From a virus (taxonomy: Duplodnaviria; Caudoviricetes), in the IMG/VR virus record IMGVR_UViG_3300014613_000008, positions 1 through 46,628 of that record: DNA of 46,628 bases. One strand, given 5' to 3'. The translations under genes and the position numbers were made by a program. The notes beneath the pieces were generated by a model. That model did not search any database. It saw only the letters and a list, made by a program, of their open reading frames with translations, and had not been told where the DNA came from. Numbering within the stretch: position 1 is the first letter of the stretch; the number at the start of each line of letters is the position of its first letter. Positions 10,008 to 18,165 of this stretch are shown here, one piece after another.

Positions 10008-10301
10008 TCAGTAGCGGAAGTCATCCTTGGTCGGTTCGAGTTCCTTCTCCCTGGCCGCTTTCTTCTTGATCTCCTCGAGTTTCAGATTATGTTCGCTGGC
10101 GAAGAAGTGTCGGATGACCTCGATGAACTCCTTGTTCACCGCGACCATCTCGGAAGTCTTGTTGTGCAGATCCGACAGAAGGAGATTGGTCTTGTGCTGC
10201 TCTTTGGTGTTTGCTTCGATAGCGTCGACAAGCAGGATGGCCCGGGCGAGAAGCGCCGTTTCCTGTTCAGCCCTGCGGTTTCTCTTAGTAAATAGAATCA
10301 T
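10008..10301 (-). CDS. Hypothetical helical protein
   Basis: 97 aa between TerL and portal, overlapping the TerL stop. Confidence 0.65.
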   Translation of the reverse strand: MILFTKRNRRAEQETALLARAILLVDAIEANTKEQHKTNLLLSDLHNKTSEMVAVNKEFIEVIRHFFASEHNLKLEEIKKKAAREKELEPTKDDFRY

Positions 10302-12615
10302 TGATCCGAACCTCCTCGCGCCCTAATCTCCTGGTCAATCTCTCGTCGATCTCCTTCTCGAACGTCTCTTCGATGTTCGGAACCCACTCCCTTCCGGATG
10401 GTAGGATCAGTCTTGATTTTCTCTTAGGAATACGACGAATGTCAAGCTGATATGCAAGGGAATCGATCATGTCGTCCCTTCCGGTGGTCGGTTGGGGGAA
10501 CGAAAGAAGTTGGTCGATGAAGGATTTTTGGTTCTTGTGGACGAGAATCCGCTTGGACTCGAACCATTGTTTGAGTCTCCAGATCCGGGTGTTGATCTGG
10601 TCCTTTTTGTTGCCCTTCCCGCGACCCTTGTGTTCTACGAAACTGACGTTGAACAGCGGGTAGCGATGGCGGAACAGGTCCGCGACCGTGATCGCGAATT
10701 TCTCTTTTTCAATCCGGCAATCGTCGACATCAAATTCATTCTTCAGCCTCACAACCAGATCGCAGAAACCCATGGGAGTCACGAAGTATTCCTCTGCATG
10801 GACGACGAAGATGTTGCCGTTCTCGTCGGTATCGCAGATCGTGACTCCCGTCGCGTCTGACGTCCCCGGGTCTGCTCCGCCAGGGTCCACGACCATTGTC
10901 CTCCACCGGACATCTGGGAGTTCGGTCCAATACTTGAGCCAATGTTCTGGGCAGAGCGCGTCCTCTTCGGAGATCGGCTGGAGGAGATACTGCGCACTAT
11001 TGCTACTCAAAAATCCCCAGGCGATATAGTTCCCGGTTTCTGTCTCAAGGCCGTAGACATCGCGGAAGAGACCCCGCTCGAGACTTATGGTCTTGTCTTT
11101 TCTCGTCGTCAGGGTTGGGTGTCTGTATATTTTATCTACGAGTTGCTGCTTCTTCCCAAGTGCCGAATAGCGCATGAGATTGAAATATAACTGACGGCCA
11201 CCTCGGAGATAGAAATAACTTGATTCCGTTGAGTCTATTTGGTGTCCATCCGGAGCCTTGTGCGAACCGTGTCTCGGCCGATTGTGGATCTTGTAGTCGA
11301 TACCAAGGAAATCGAGGGTATCTTTGATCTTCCGCCAGACCTCGGGATTCGCGGTCGGAGATTGGGATATGAAAATCCCCGCGTGCTTACAGCCTCCTTC
11401 TCCGTCGATGATGCCCCCTAGATAGGCCCAGGATTTTAGTTTTTCGTGGTCGTGTTCTTCTGTGAGATCGATGCCCATGATGAGGTTCGTATTCTCGCGG
11501 ATTTTCTTATAGATTTTGTGGAACGAGGTTTTCTTGGCCTTGAGTTCTTCGAGCCGCCCGGAGTACCACTTGTGGTCCTTCGTACACTTGACGGTTCGGC
11601 CAGAGTCCATCTTAACGTCGTAGACATAATCCTGGCCCTTGTAGACGCTGAGAACTTTGGTTTTAACGTAGTGCGTCTTGCGACCATCGTTGAAAACGAA
11701 TCCGACGACTTCATCCCCGGCCTTGACCTCAGAGATCGGCTTAGTCGACCAGTCGCCCATGAGGATCGGCGTCTCCCCTGGAGTACAGAAGATCGAAGAT
11801 CCCATCTGCTCCCTCTTCTCCTCGAAGTCCTCCACCTCGTAGAGTTCCTTGTACCAGACTCCTTGATTCTTGTCCCTGTTGACGTAACATGGAATCTCGA
11901 TCCTCGAATATCTGGGCATGTTCCTGATCGTCCACGTCAATCCGGTGTGATGATACGGCGTCCCGACCTCGATCTCGACACCGACGTTCCTCTTCCGGAT
12001 CTTGGTCAAAATGGCTTTCTGGTATTTCCACGTTTTATTCAATTCGCCTCGACTGTAATCCGTCCTGGCGTTCTCGTTGTTCTCCAAGTCGTCATTGAGC
12101 CACTTGGGATAATGGCGGGAAACCAGGGTCGTCTCGAGAGAGGCAAAATCGAGTTTTACATGCCGGCACCGGACCCTGTTCTTCGTGAAATCATCCCACT
12201 CGTTCTCTCGGCGGGGCAACTCTGGGAAGATCCAATGCAGGAACTCGTTCTCGAGCATGGTGTGGCGAACATCCGCGCTCATGTTCCAGGCGTTTTCCTT
12301 GGTCGCGGTGTTATAGATCATCGCATCCGTGATCTTCTTGACGATCGACCACGACAGCCACCAGCACTCGAAGCCCATGAGTTGGGTCGTCTTTCCCGAC
12401 CCCCGATGGGCAGACAGGTAGATCTGGCTGTTCTTCTGGTAGGAAGGGTCTAGATGATGGCACATCATGGCGTGAATCCGGCCAAAATCGTGAAACTTTT
12501 CGTCCCACGCAAAGGGCATGATCTGGGAATTAAAGAAAGCCAGATCGGTGGCCTGATACCGCCACCATTGGCGATCCTTAATCGCTGGCGTCTCTAACTG
12601 TAACGGCTTCGACAT
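10285..12615 (-). CDS. terL: Terminase large subunit, intein-containing
   Basis: Start MSKPLQLE (ATG 12615, AAGGA RBS). Walker A AHRGSGKTT, Walker B WLNDDLE, VGTP coupling motif, nuclease residues VVDPG and DDMIDSLAY. Confidence 0.92.
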   Translation of the reverse strand: MSKPLQLETPAIKDRQWWRYQATDLAFFNSQIMPFAWDEKFHDFGRIHAMMCHHLDPSYQKNSQIYLSAHRGSGKTTQLMGFECWWLSWSIVKKITDAMIYNTATKENAWNMSADVRHTMLENEFLHWIFPELPRRENEWDDFTKNRVRCRHVKLDFASLETTLVSRHYPKWLNDDLENNENARTDYSRGELNKTWKYQKAILTKIRKRNVGVEIEVGTPYHHTGLTWTIRNMPRYSRIEIPCYVNRDKNQGVWYKELYEVEDFEEKREQMGSSIFCTPGETPILMGDWSTKPISEVKAGDEVVGFVFNDGRKTHYVKTKVLSVYKGQDYVYDVKMDSGRTVKCTKDHKWYSGRLEELKAKKTSFHKIYKKIRENTNLIMGIDLTEEHDHEKLKSWAYLGGIIDGEGGCKHAGIFISQSPTANPEVWRKIKDTLDFLGIDYKIHNRPRHGSHKAPDGHQIDSTESSYFYLRGGRQLYFNLMRYSALGKKQQLVDKIYRHPTLTTRKDKTISLERGLFRDVYGLETETGNYIAWGFLSSNSAQYLLQPISEEDALCPEHWLKYWTELPDVRWRTMVVDPGGADPGTSDATGVTICDTDENGNIFVVHAEEYFVTPMGFCDLVVRLKNEFDVDDCRIEKEKFAITVADLFRHRYPLFNVSFVEHKGRGKGNKKDQINTRIWRLKQWFESKRILVHKNQKSFIDQLLSFPQPTTGRDDMIDSLAYQLDIRRIPKRKSRLILPSGREWVPNIEETFEKEIDERLTRRLGREEVRINDSIY
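10999..11787 (-). mobile_element. Intein (263 aa) with a LAGLIDADG motif in TerL
   Basis: SSIF|CTPGETPILMGD, block B VKCTKDHKW, YLGGIIDGEG, block F VYGLETETGNYIA, C-terminal SSN|S. Confidence 0.92.
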
Positions 12616-13099
12616 CGATATCCTTGAACGATTGGAACCTTTCGAGGCGCTGGATGACCTCTCCGGACACGACGATCTCCTTCCGCTCCGTCTTGTCGAC
12701 GTCGACCTTGGTCGGGGGGAAGGCATCTTTCACGCGAAGGGACATTTCTACCGCCTTGAGTTGGGCCATGTTGTCCGATCGGCCTTCGAAAGCGGGATGC
12801 TCACAGTCGAGCAGTTCTTTTAGTTTCTGGGCCAACTTCTCGTTGTTGACACCCTCTTTTTTGAGGGCGCGTTGCATGGCCTTGTTGTTGACGAGCGCCT
12901 TGATAACCCTGCCGGCGTTTCCTCGGGCTACTCGCCCAGGTGGGAAACCGGCCGCGACCGCCAACTGCTCACGTTTGGCAAGATCAAAGCCGCTGGCCTG
13001 AAAAAGCTGGACGAATTTCACATCCCTTTCGGTCTGGATCTTCGTGTCTTTCTCTTCGGACCCGTCGATCGGTTCGGGATCCGGAAATTCGTCTGTCAT
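12578..13099 (-). CDS. terS: Terminase small subunit (putative)
   Basis: 173 aa helical protein immediately upstream of and overlapping terL; HTH-like AVAAGF segment and QLKAVEMSL helix. Confidence 0.65.
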   Translation of the reverse strand: MTDEFPDPEPIDGSEEKDTKIQTERDVKFVQLFQASGFDLAKREQLAVAAGFPPGRVARGNAGRVIKALVNNKAMQRALKKEGVNNEKLAQKLKELLDCEHPAFEGRSDNMAQLKAVEMSLRVKDAFPPTKVDVDKTERKEIVVSGEVIQRLERFQSFKDIDVEAVTVRDASD

Positions 13100-13440
13100 T
13101 TAGCTGCCCTTGCTCCTCTGGGGCCTCTCTGGGCTTTCTCCGGAGCCGGGGGAGGCACAGAAGGCGGAGAGTCCGCGGGGGTTTCCATGAAATCCCTGAA
13201 ACTCTCTGGGTCTGCGGCCTTGACGGGGTCCGGAGGGGCCTTCAGACCGAAATAAGCCACGATATCCTCGGCCTTGATCACGTACTTCTTGTCGCTACCG
13301 ACGAAAATCGTCCACGGAAGCGGACCCAACGGATCCTTGAAGCACCTCATGAGTTGGGTTTCGATGGAGTGCGCCAACGCACCGATCCGCGGTGCCACAG
13401 TCGCCAGGAAATCTTCGACGGTGATAAAAATCTGTTCCAT
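13096..13440 (-). CDS. Hypothetical protein with Pro-rich tail
   Basis: AGGAGAG RBS, coupled to terS. Confidence 0.65.
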   Translation of the reverse strand: MEQIFITVEDFLATVAPRIGALAHSIETQLMRCFKDPLGPLPWTIFVGSDKKYVIKAEDIVAYFGLKAPPDPVKAADPESFRDFMETPADSPPSVPPPAPEKAQRGPRGARAAK

Positions 13441-13448
13441 GATCTCTC

Positions 13449-13595
13449 CTATTTTCCGTGTTTCCGCCCCTCGGCGGCATAGAGGGCCTTTTGCTGTTCT
13501 CGGGCTTCTTTCTTTGTGGGGTGTGTTCCATAGACGTGGCCATCACGACCGGTGACAACCCATTTGTCGCCTTTCCGATGCACGTCGTAGGGCAT
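13449..13595 (-). CDS. Small phage protein (48 aa)
   Basis: MPYDVHRKGDKWVV...YGTHPTKKEAREQQKALYAAE, a pattern often seen near packaging genes; GGAGG RBS. Confidence 0.75.
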   Translation of the reverse strand: MPYDVHRKGDKWVVTGRDGHVYGTHPTKKEAREQQKALYAAEGRKHGK

Positions 13596-13626
13596 AAGGC
13601 CTCCCAAGCGGTGGTGTCTGGATGAA

Positions 13627-13655
13627 GAAATACGCCCTATTTGGTCGTCTGTCAA
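13627..13655 (-). promoter_or_regulatory. Sigma70-type promoter for the packaging/structural operon
   Basis: TTGACA-17 nt-TATTTC with AT-rich upstream DNA, just after a terminator and about 30 nt before the first ATG. Confidence 0.6.
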
Positions 13656-13676
13656 GTGTTTTTAATAAGGCGGGGA

Positions 13677-13720
13677 GAAAAAAGAGGGGGGCCAGCATGT
13701 AGCCACGTCCGCCGGCCCCG
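13677..13720 (-). terminator. Intrinsic terminator ending the leftward small-gene operon
   Basis: GGGGCCGGC...GCTGGCCCC followed by CTCTTTTTTT on the - strand. Confidence 0.65.
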
Positions 13721-13761
13721 ACAGAAGAACTAGTTTCGGTTGTCCCTCCGCCATGGACCTC

Positions 13762-14100
13762 TCAAGGTTTTTGTTCGACCGAGCGGTTTCGAAGCCAAAG
13801 GTACGCATAAAGGCCGGTTAGGATGGCGAGAAAGACGGCGCACCAGAACGGTCCGCCCGGATCCCTGACCACCGAGTTGTAAAACATGCCGGCGAGAATG
13901 ACCACGGCCCATCCGGAGATCACACAGGCCCAGGCGTAGGCGGCTGCAGAGAGTTTTTTCGCCAGAAACGCCGGGACCACGTGCCACGGTTTCAGCCCAA
14001 ACAGCGCCATGCGCCGCGCTTGGATGGACACGATCCCAAAGATCGTTGCGAAGGCCAGAATCAGGATTAAAACGATGAAAGACACGATAACCTCCATCAT
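13762..14100 (-). CDS. Membrane protein (about 3 TM helices)
   Basis: 112 aa, strongly hydrophobic, coupled to the upstream stop. Confidence 0.7.
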   Translation of the reverse strand: MMEVIVSFIVLILILAFATIFGIVSIQARRMALFGLKPWHVVPAFLAKKLSAAAYAWACVISGWAVVILAGMFYNSVVRDPGGPFWCAVFLAILTGLYAYLWLRNRSVEQKP

Positions 14101-14576
14101 TCAAACAAGTTAGAACGCCTTTTCAGACGATCGTAAAACGCTTTCGTATTCATCTTACGCGGGTCCTGGCCGTCACGCAAGAGTTTTTTCCACTCCTTCG
14201 ACTGACGGCACATTTTCCGCGCTTCGAGATATGACCACTTGGGGCTTCCGCCGAAATCTCGGTGGAGACCGTAGAGCGCCCAGAACGTGGAGTGTTTGGC
14301 CATCTCTTCACGAACGCGATCGGCGGCGTTATGGTATGGCTTCCAGATCGCGGCCCTTTCCTTTTTCTGCTTGAACGGCTTCGCCGGCTTGACCTCACGC
14401 ATGAGAAGCGAACCGACTAATCGCGTAGTGAACGGGTTCCTCCAAGTCCGGACGAGATATTCGCCGCTGATCATCTTCACGGCCCGCATACACCGATCGT
14501 AACGGCACGCATAGACTACGGGAGGGGTCAGATTGACAACCCGCTTGGTCAATGTCTGGACCCAATGTGTTCTCAT
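14097..14576 (-). CDS. Hypothetical basic protein (159 aa)
   Basis: Start MRTHWVQ after GAGGAGG. Confidence 0.65.
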   Translation of the reverse strand: MRTHWVQTLTKRVVNLTPPVVYACRYDRCMRAVKMISGEYLVRTWRNPFTTRLVGSLLMREVKPAKPFKQKKERAAIWKPYHNAADRVREEMAKHSTFWALYGLHRDFGGSPKWSYLEARKMCRQSKEWKKLLRDGQDPRKMNTKAFYDRLKRRSNLFE

Positions 14577-14731
14577 CGTTTCCTCCTCAGCCAATCCGTC
14601 CATTGTCGGTGGACCCAACACGGACACGGACAGGCGAAATACTGATCGATCACGCGCTTCTTGAGGGCACAGTAGACGCTCCCGCCTTTCCTGGGAACGC
14701 CCCAGCCGCAGTTGTCCCGGGAACGGATCAT
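14573..14731 (-). CDS. Small Cys-rich protein (52 aa, below the ORF-track cutoff)
   Basis: MIRSRDNCGWGVPRKGGSVYCALKKRVIDQYFACPCPCWVHRQWTDWLRRKR; ATGA overlaps at both ends fill the gap exactly. Confidence 0.6.
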   Translation of the reverse strand: MIRSRDNCGWGVPRKGGSVYCALKKRVIDQYFACPCPCWVHRQWTDWLRRKR

Positions 14732-14934
14732 TTTGGACCCATCCATGTCCAGACGCGGATCATCGTCCCGCTGTCCAGGCGCTTCAGGGCGCTCTTGACC
14801 AGACCCTTTCTCTCAAGTAGGCGGAGTTCTTTCCGGGTCAGGCCCCCGGCCCCCGTCGGGGCGTTCCCGCCCCACTTTCGGAACGTCGCCCGGGCCCGCT
14901 CCGCCAAGTCGGGGTCCATCCTCTTTCGGCTCAC
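14728..14934 (-). CDS. Small basic protein, winged-helix-like
   Basis: LTRKELRLLERKGLVKS helix-wing pattern. Confidence 0.55.
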   Translation of the reverse strand: MSRKRMDPDLAERARATFRKWGGNAPTGAGGLTRKELRLLERKGLVKSALKRLDSGTMIRVWTWMGPK

Positions 14935-15164
14935 CCCCTATCCTCCAGACCAATCTCGCCGTTCGGCATGATCTTCCAGGCCTTCTCGTTCGGGATGTTG
15001 TGGTGTTCGGCGATAGATTCTATCAATGTGCGATGTGCTTCCTGAATGAGTCTCATGGATTCTTGTAGGGACGTTAGGCAAACAAGCTCAGCTGTCGTGA
15101 GCCTCCCGGCCCTCTCGAGGTGGCGGACAATCGGTTCGTCTTTTTTGGCTGGCTTTTTTTTCAT
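14931..15164 (-). CDS. Hypothetical protein
   Basis: 77 aa, 4-bp overlaps with its neighbours. Confidence 0.65.
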   Translation of the reverse strand: MKKKPAKKDEPIVRHLERAGRLTTAELVCLTSLQESMRLIQEAHRTLIESIAEHHNIPNEKAWKIMPNGEIGLEDRG

Positions 15165-15484
15165 GGCGCTTTCTTCTCCTCGCTCTGGTCTTGGGCCATC
15201 GGGCCAGGGGCCTTGTTGCTGATTGCAATCGGCCTCGAAGGGACGGCCTCAGTCATCTTCACGCCAAGGCCAAGATAATTGAGAATTGCCTCGAGCTTCT
15301 CGTTCACGGTCAGGCTTGGGCGAAAGAGGAACAGGTTTCCGCCTGGGTCAACCTGGCTCCAGCCAATGTGCCTTTTAATCCGATCGAGCTCCCCTCCAAG
15401 GAGTCCGTTCATAATTTCCTGAGACAACACTTCCCTGACCTGGTCCCTGAACATCTTCTTGAATTCCTCGTTTTTGAATCTCAT
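15161..15484 (-). CDS. Hypothetical protein
   Basis: 107 aa, coupled to its neighbours. Confidence 0.65.
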   Translation of the reverse strand: MRFKNEEFKKMFRDQVREVLSQEIMNGLLGGELDRIKRHIGWSQVDPGGNLFLFRPSLTVNEKLEAILNYLGLGVKMTEAVPSRPIAISNKAPGPMAQDQSEEKKAP

Positions 15485-15696
15485 CAGAGCTTCCTCTTCG
15501 GCTTCCCCGGCTTGGCCGGATTATAGGCGAAAACGAGCCAGCCGGACCTCGTCTTGCCCGGGCTAGGCTTGAACCCCAGATAGACATGGGGCGGTTGCAG
15601 GAATAACTGGGTTTGCCGACCAGGAATGGAACTCTTTCCTAGGTCGACGCGGCCATCGTGCTTGATTGGCACGAACTTGATTTTCATGGTTGTCAT
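15484..15696 (-). CDS. Hypothetical basic protein
   Basis: 70 aa, ATGA overlap with the upstream gene. Confidence 0.6.
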   Translation of the reverse strand: MTTMKIKFVPIKHDGRVDLGKSSIPGRQTQLFLQPPHVYLGFKPSPGKTRSGWLVFAYNPAKPGKPKRKL

Positions 15697-16070
15697 TTTC
15701 CTCTCCTCTTCAGCTTCGTGACGACACCCTTGAGAGCCGCGATTCGGCGGCAGAGGTGTTTTACCCCAGCCTTCTGGAGCCTGAGTTTCCCATCAAGCCC
15801 ATCCCTCTCCACCACCAGCCGCTTGATCTCGGCCCCGTCCCTGGCCCGATCGTTCCTCATTTCCGTGACCTGGGCCATCAGCTGCAACTTGTCCTTCAGC
15901 ATAAGTTCTCTCTGCTCGACCGCCCGCTCCTGCGCCGCCGCCATCCTCTCCTGAGCCTCCGCGATCCGCTGCTGACACCCGCTCTGGATCTCCTTGTCTG
16001 TCGGAGAACCCTTCTTGTCCTCGCAGTCCCACGCCCCCCTCGAAACCTGCTTCAGATTCCTCTCGGCCAT
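15693..16070 (-). CDS. Coiled-coil protein, first gene of the leftward arm
   Basis: GGAGGAGG RBS; heptad pattern. Confidence 0.7.
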   Translation of the reverse strand: MAERNLKQVSRGAWDCEDKKGSPTDKEIQSGCQQRIAEAQERMAAAQERAVEQRELMLKDKLQLMAQVTEMRNDRARDGAEIKRLVVERDGLDGKLRLQKAGVKHLCRRIAALKGVVTKLKRRGK

Positions 16071-16198
16071 CCCTCGCCTCCTCCCGCCAGATTTTAGGCC
16101 CCCGGTCTATCTTCCCACGCTCCCCGGAGACATCCCTGGTGAGTTCGTCCGCCTCTTCAGGCCCGTGGGACCAGGGTCGAAACTAACTGATCATCCCC

Positions 16199-16216
16199 TT
16201 ATAACGCTACCGTCCG
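16199..16216 (-). promoter_or_regulatory. Phage-specific promoter motif, copy L2
   Basis: CGGACG GTA GC G TTATAA on the - strand. Confidence 0.75.
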
Positions 16217-16322
16217 GAAACATGCCGGCCTACCGAGTCCTCAGCCGGCCCGCTGGATGTAGCCCAACGACCAGAGGCGCATTGTCCCAAGTCGCCGTAC
16301 TCGCTCCAGGTTCTTCACCACG

Positions 16323-16340
16323 TCATAATGCTCCCGTCCG
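16323..16340 (-). promoter_or_regulatory. Phage-specific promoter motif, copy L1
   Basis: CGGACG GGA GC A TTATGA on the - strand. Confidence 0.72.
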
Positions 16341-16504
16341 ACCAAAACCCCCTCTCCCCCCTGCCCCTCCCCTTCACCCCCATACAAAAACCCCTCACAG
16401 CCCCTCCCAGGCCCCTCCCGGGCCATCCCTAGGCCAAACCACCAGGTAGAAAAAGCCCTTTATGTCATTTTTACCAGGAATATATCCCCGAACGTCACGA
16501 TGAT

Positions 16505-16830
16505 ACGCGCCCGCGCGCACGCGCCACGCCCCATACCCCCCCCCCTCGACCCCTTTCCGCTCATCCGCGCCCCTGAAACCCCGTCCGACCGGCCTATATA
16601 GATATATATATATATATCTAGTTAAAACTAGTTATACCCTGTTCAGCCTTTGTATGTATCTAAGAAGGCTTACCTAGGTATATACCTAGATAGGCCTACA
16701 TAGATATACCTAGATATATATATATAAGCCTATCTAGTTCTACAGATATACCTATTCCCCCTTGATATATATATATATAACGGGGGGTGTGGGGGGTGAA
16801 GATGACAACATCGGGGGGGGTCGGGGGTGA
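16505..16830. other. Divergence centre: C-rich / TA-palindrome / G-rich block, candidate physical terminus or origin
   Basis: Non-coding. C-runs on the left, G-runs on the right, three (TA)n tracts and several palindromes; gene strand switches here. Confidence 0.55.
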
Positions 16831-16834
16831 TCGG

Positions 16835-16852
16835 CGGACGACGGCTTTATGA
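16835..16852 (+). promoter_or_regulatory. Phage-specific promoter motif, copy R1
   Basis: CGGACG ACG GC T TTATGA upstream of GAGGTGA RBS and ATG 16906. Confidence 0.75.
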
Positions 16853-16905
16853 GGGGGCGACCAGTCAGGCCAGCCAAGGCGGGCGGTCAAGTGAGGTGAA
16901 TCACT

Positions 16906-17109
16906 ATGAGAAACTGTGTCATCAAGGTGGAAGGGGACAAGATGACGATCAGCGTTGACTTGTCCAAGAACCTGGGGCGGTCCAAGAGCGGGAAGAGCCT
17001 GTTGATCGCCAGCACGGACGGGGCGGTCAAGGCGGACACCAAGGCCGGGAGCGTGTCGATCGGCCTGAACGTGTACACCACGGACAAGGGCGCGTCGGTC
17101 GGGGCCTGA
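16906..17109 (+). CDS. Small beta-rich early protein
   Basis: 67 aa, VDLSK..G.SKSGK...IAST.G...IGLNVY pattern; has its own motif promoter and terminator. Confidence 0.85.
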   Translation: MRNCVIKVEGDKMTISVDLSKNLGRSKSGKSLLIASTDGAVKADTKAGSVSIGLNVYTTDKGASVGA

Positions 17110-17122
17110 CCGCCCAGGGGCG

Positions 17123-17152
17123 GGGCGGGGGCGGTCCCTCGCCCTTTTTTTT
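17123..17152 (+). terminator. Intrinsic terminator
   Basis: GGGCGGGGG-CGGT-CCCTCGCCC followed by T8. Confidence 0.8.
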
Positions 17153-17200
17153 GCTTGGGGCGGGCCTTGCGCCCTGTCATCCGCTCGGGATCAGGGGCGG

Positions 17201-17218
17201 CGGACGGTAGCATTACAA
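17201..17218 (+). promoter_or_regulatory. Phage-specific promoter motif, copy R2
   Basis: CGGACG GTA GC A TTACAA upstream of GAGGTGA and ATG 17241, right after a terminator. Confidence 0.8.
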
Positions 17219-17240
17219 GGGGACGAGAGGTGAAAACATC

Positions 17241-17543
17241 ATGAGCAGGTTTTACGCAAGTATCCACGGGAACAGGGGCGAAGGGACGCGCCAAGGGTCG
17301 GAGAGGAGCGGCATCCATGGCCACGTCCGCGGATGGAACATCGGGGCGCGGGTCCGGTGCTTTGTGGGGACGGACGGGACGGATCGCGTCAGCGTGTCGA
17401 TCACGGGCGGAAGCAACGGGAGCGGCAAGGAACGGTATCTCGGCACGTTCGCGCGGACCAAGGGCGGGCGCATGGTGCGGCTGGACGGTCCGGAGCGTGG
17501 GCGCAAGGTCCGGAAGGTCGAGGCCGTGGCGGAAGGGGTGTGA
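17241..17543 (+). CDS. Early phage protein
   Basis: MSRFYASIHGNRGEGTRQGS..SG....RGW.IG pattern resembling podovirus early genes; strong RBS. Confidence 0.8.
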   Translation: MSRFYASIHGNRGEGTRQGSERSGIHGHVRGWNIGARVRCFVGTDGTDRVSVSITGGSNGSGKERYLGTFARTKGGRMVRLDGPERGRKVRKVEAVAEGV

Positions 17544-17740
17544 CCGTGGACACTTACACCATGGCGGACGCCCTGATCGGTCTGGCACAAGAACAGCACG
17601 ACTTGGCCGATGCGCTCAGGGGGTCAACGGACGAGAACGACCAGGAAATATACGCCCTATTGACCCTTCGTGCCGATGCGCTTGATCAAGTCATTGAAGA
17701 GACGGGGCTTGACAGGGTGGAAGAGGCTGATCATGTATGA
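17540..17740 (+). CDS. Small acidic helical protein
   Basis: GTG overlapping the upstream stop; D/E-rich, 66 aa. Confidence 0.6.
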   Translation: MTVDTYTMADALIGLAQEQHDLADALRGSTDENDQEIYALLTLRADALDQVIEETGLDRVEEADHV

Positions 17741-17954
17741 CCCTGAGTATGACGACCAGGTGGAATACTTGATTGACGGGGTGGGGTTCGCGGACCCGGG
17801 CGGGCGGTCCGCCTTGAGGCGGGCCACGCGGCGCAACCCGCGGTCCTTCCCTTGCCCGACATGCGGGGAGCCTAACAGCCTCACCCGGATTGACGTGATG
17901 CGGCACTATCAATGCGACATCTGCGCTGACCGGGCGGAAGGGCGGCTGGACTAG
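17733..17954 (+). CDS. Zinc-ribbon early protein
   Basis: FADPGGRSALR...PCPTCG...LT..D....YQCDIC; GAGG RBS. Confidence 0.75.
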   Translation: MYDPEYDDQVEYLIDGVGFADPGGRSALRRATRRNPRSFPCPTCGEPNSLTRIDVMRHYQCDICADRAEGRLD

Positions 17955-17957
17955 GCC

Positions 17958-18164
17958 ATGAACACACAAGCGATTGTCCAGATCAGGCGGGATCCGTTCG
18001 CCCGGGGGTCACTCATGCGGATATATGCCGAGGGGCCGTGCCGCTGGTGCGGTCGACCTGGGCGGTTTGCCTGCGGCTGGGAAGAGGATCAGAGGCCCGG
18101 GCGTGTCCACTTTGAGGGGCCTTTCTGTTCCCTGTCCTGCTATATCACCTATCATGGGGGATGA
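17958..18164 (+). CDS. Small zinc-finger protein
   Basis: CRWCG...FCSLSC. Confidence 0.7.
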   Translation: MNTQAIVQIRRDPFARGSLMRIYAEGPCRWCGRPGRFACGWEEDQRPGRVHFEGPFCSLSCYITYHGG

Positions 18165-18165
18165 C

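Noticed and set aside
16110-16170. Hammerhead ribozyme (CTGAAGA...GAAC on the - strand)
   Set aside because: GAAA is replaced by GAAC, stem II is only 1 bp and stem I is offset by 4 nt; kept only as a generic structured leader.
16241-16426. 61-aa - strand ORF and 15994..16449 + strand ORF
   Set aside because: Low-complexity translation of G/C runs that overlaps the promoter motifs; no convincing RBS.
16595-16790. Protelomerase telRL site
   Set aside because: No long perfect palindrome and no protelomerase or partition genes recognised.
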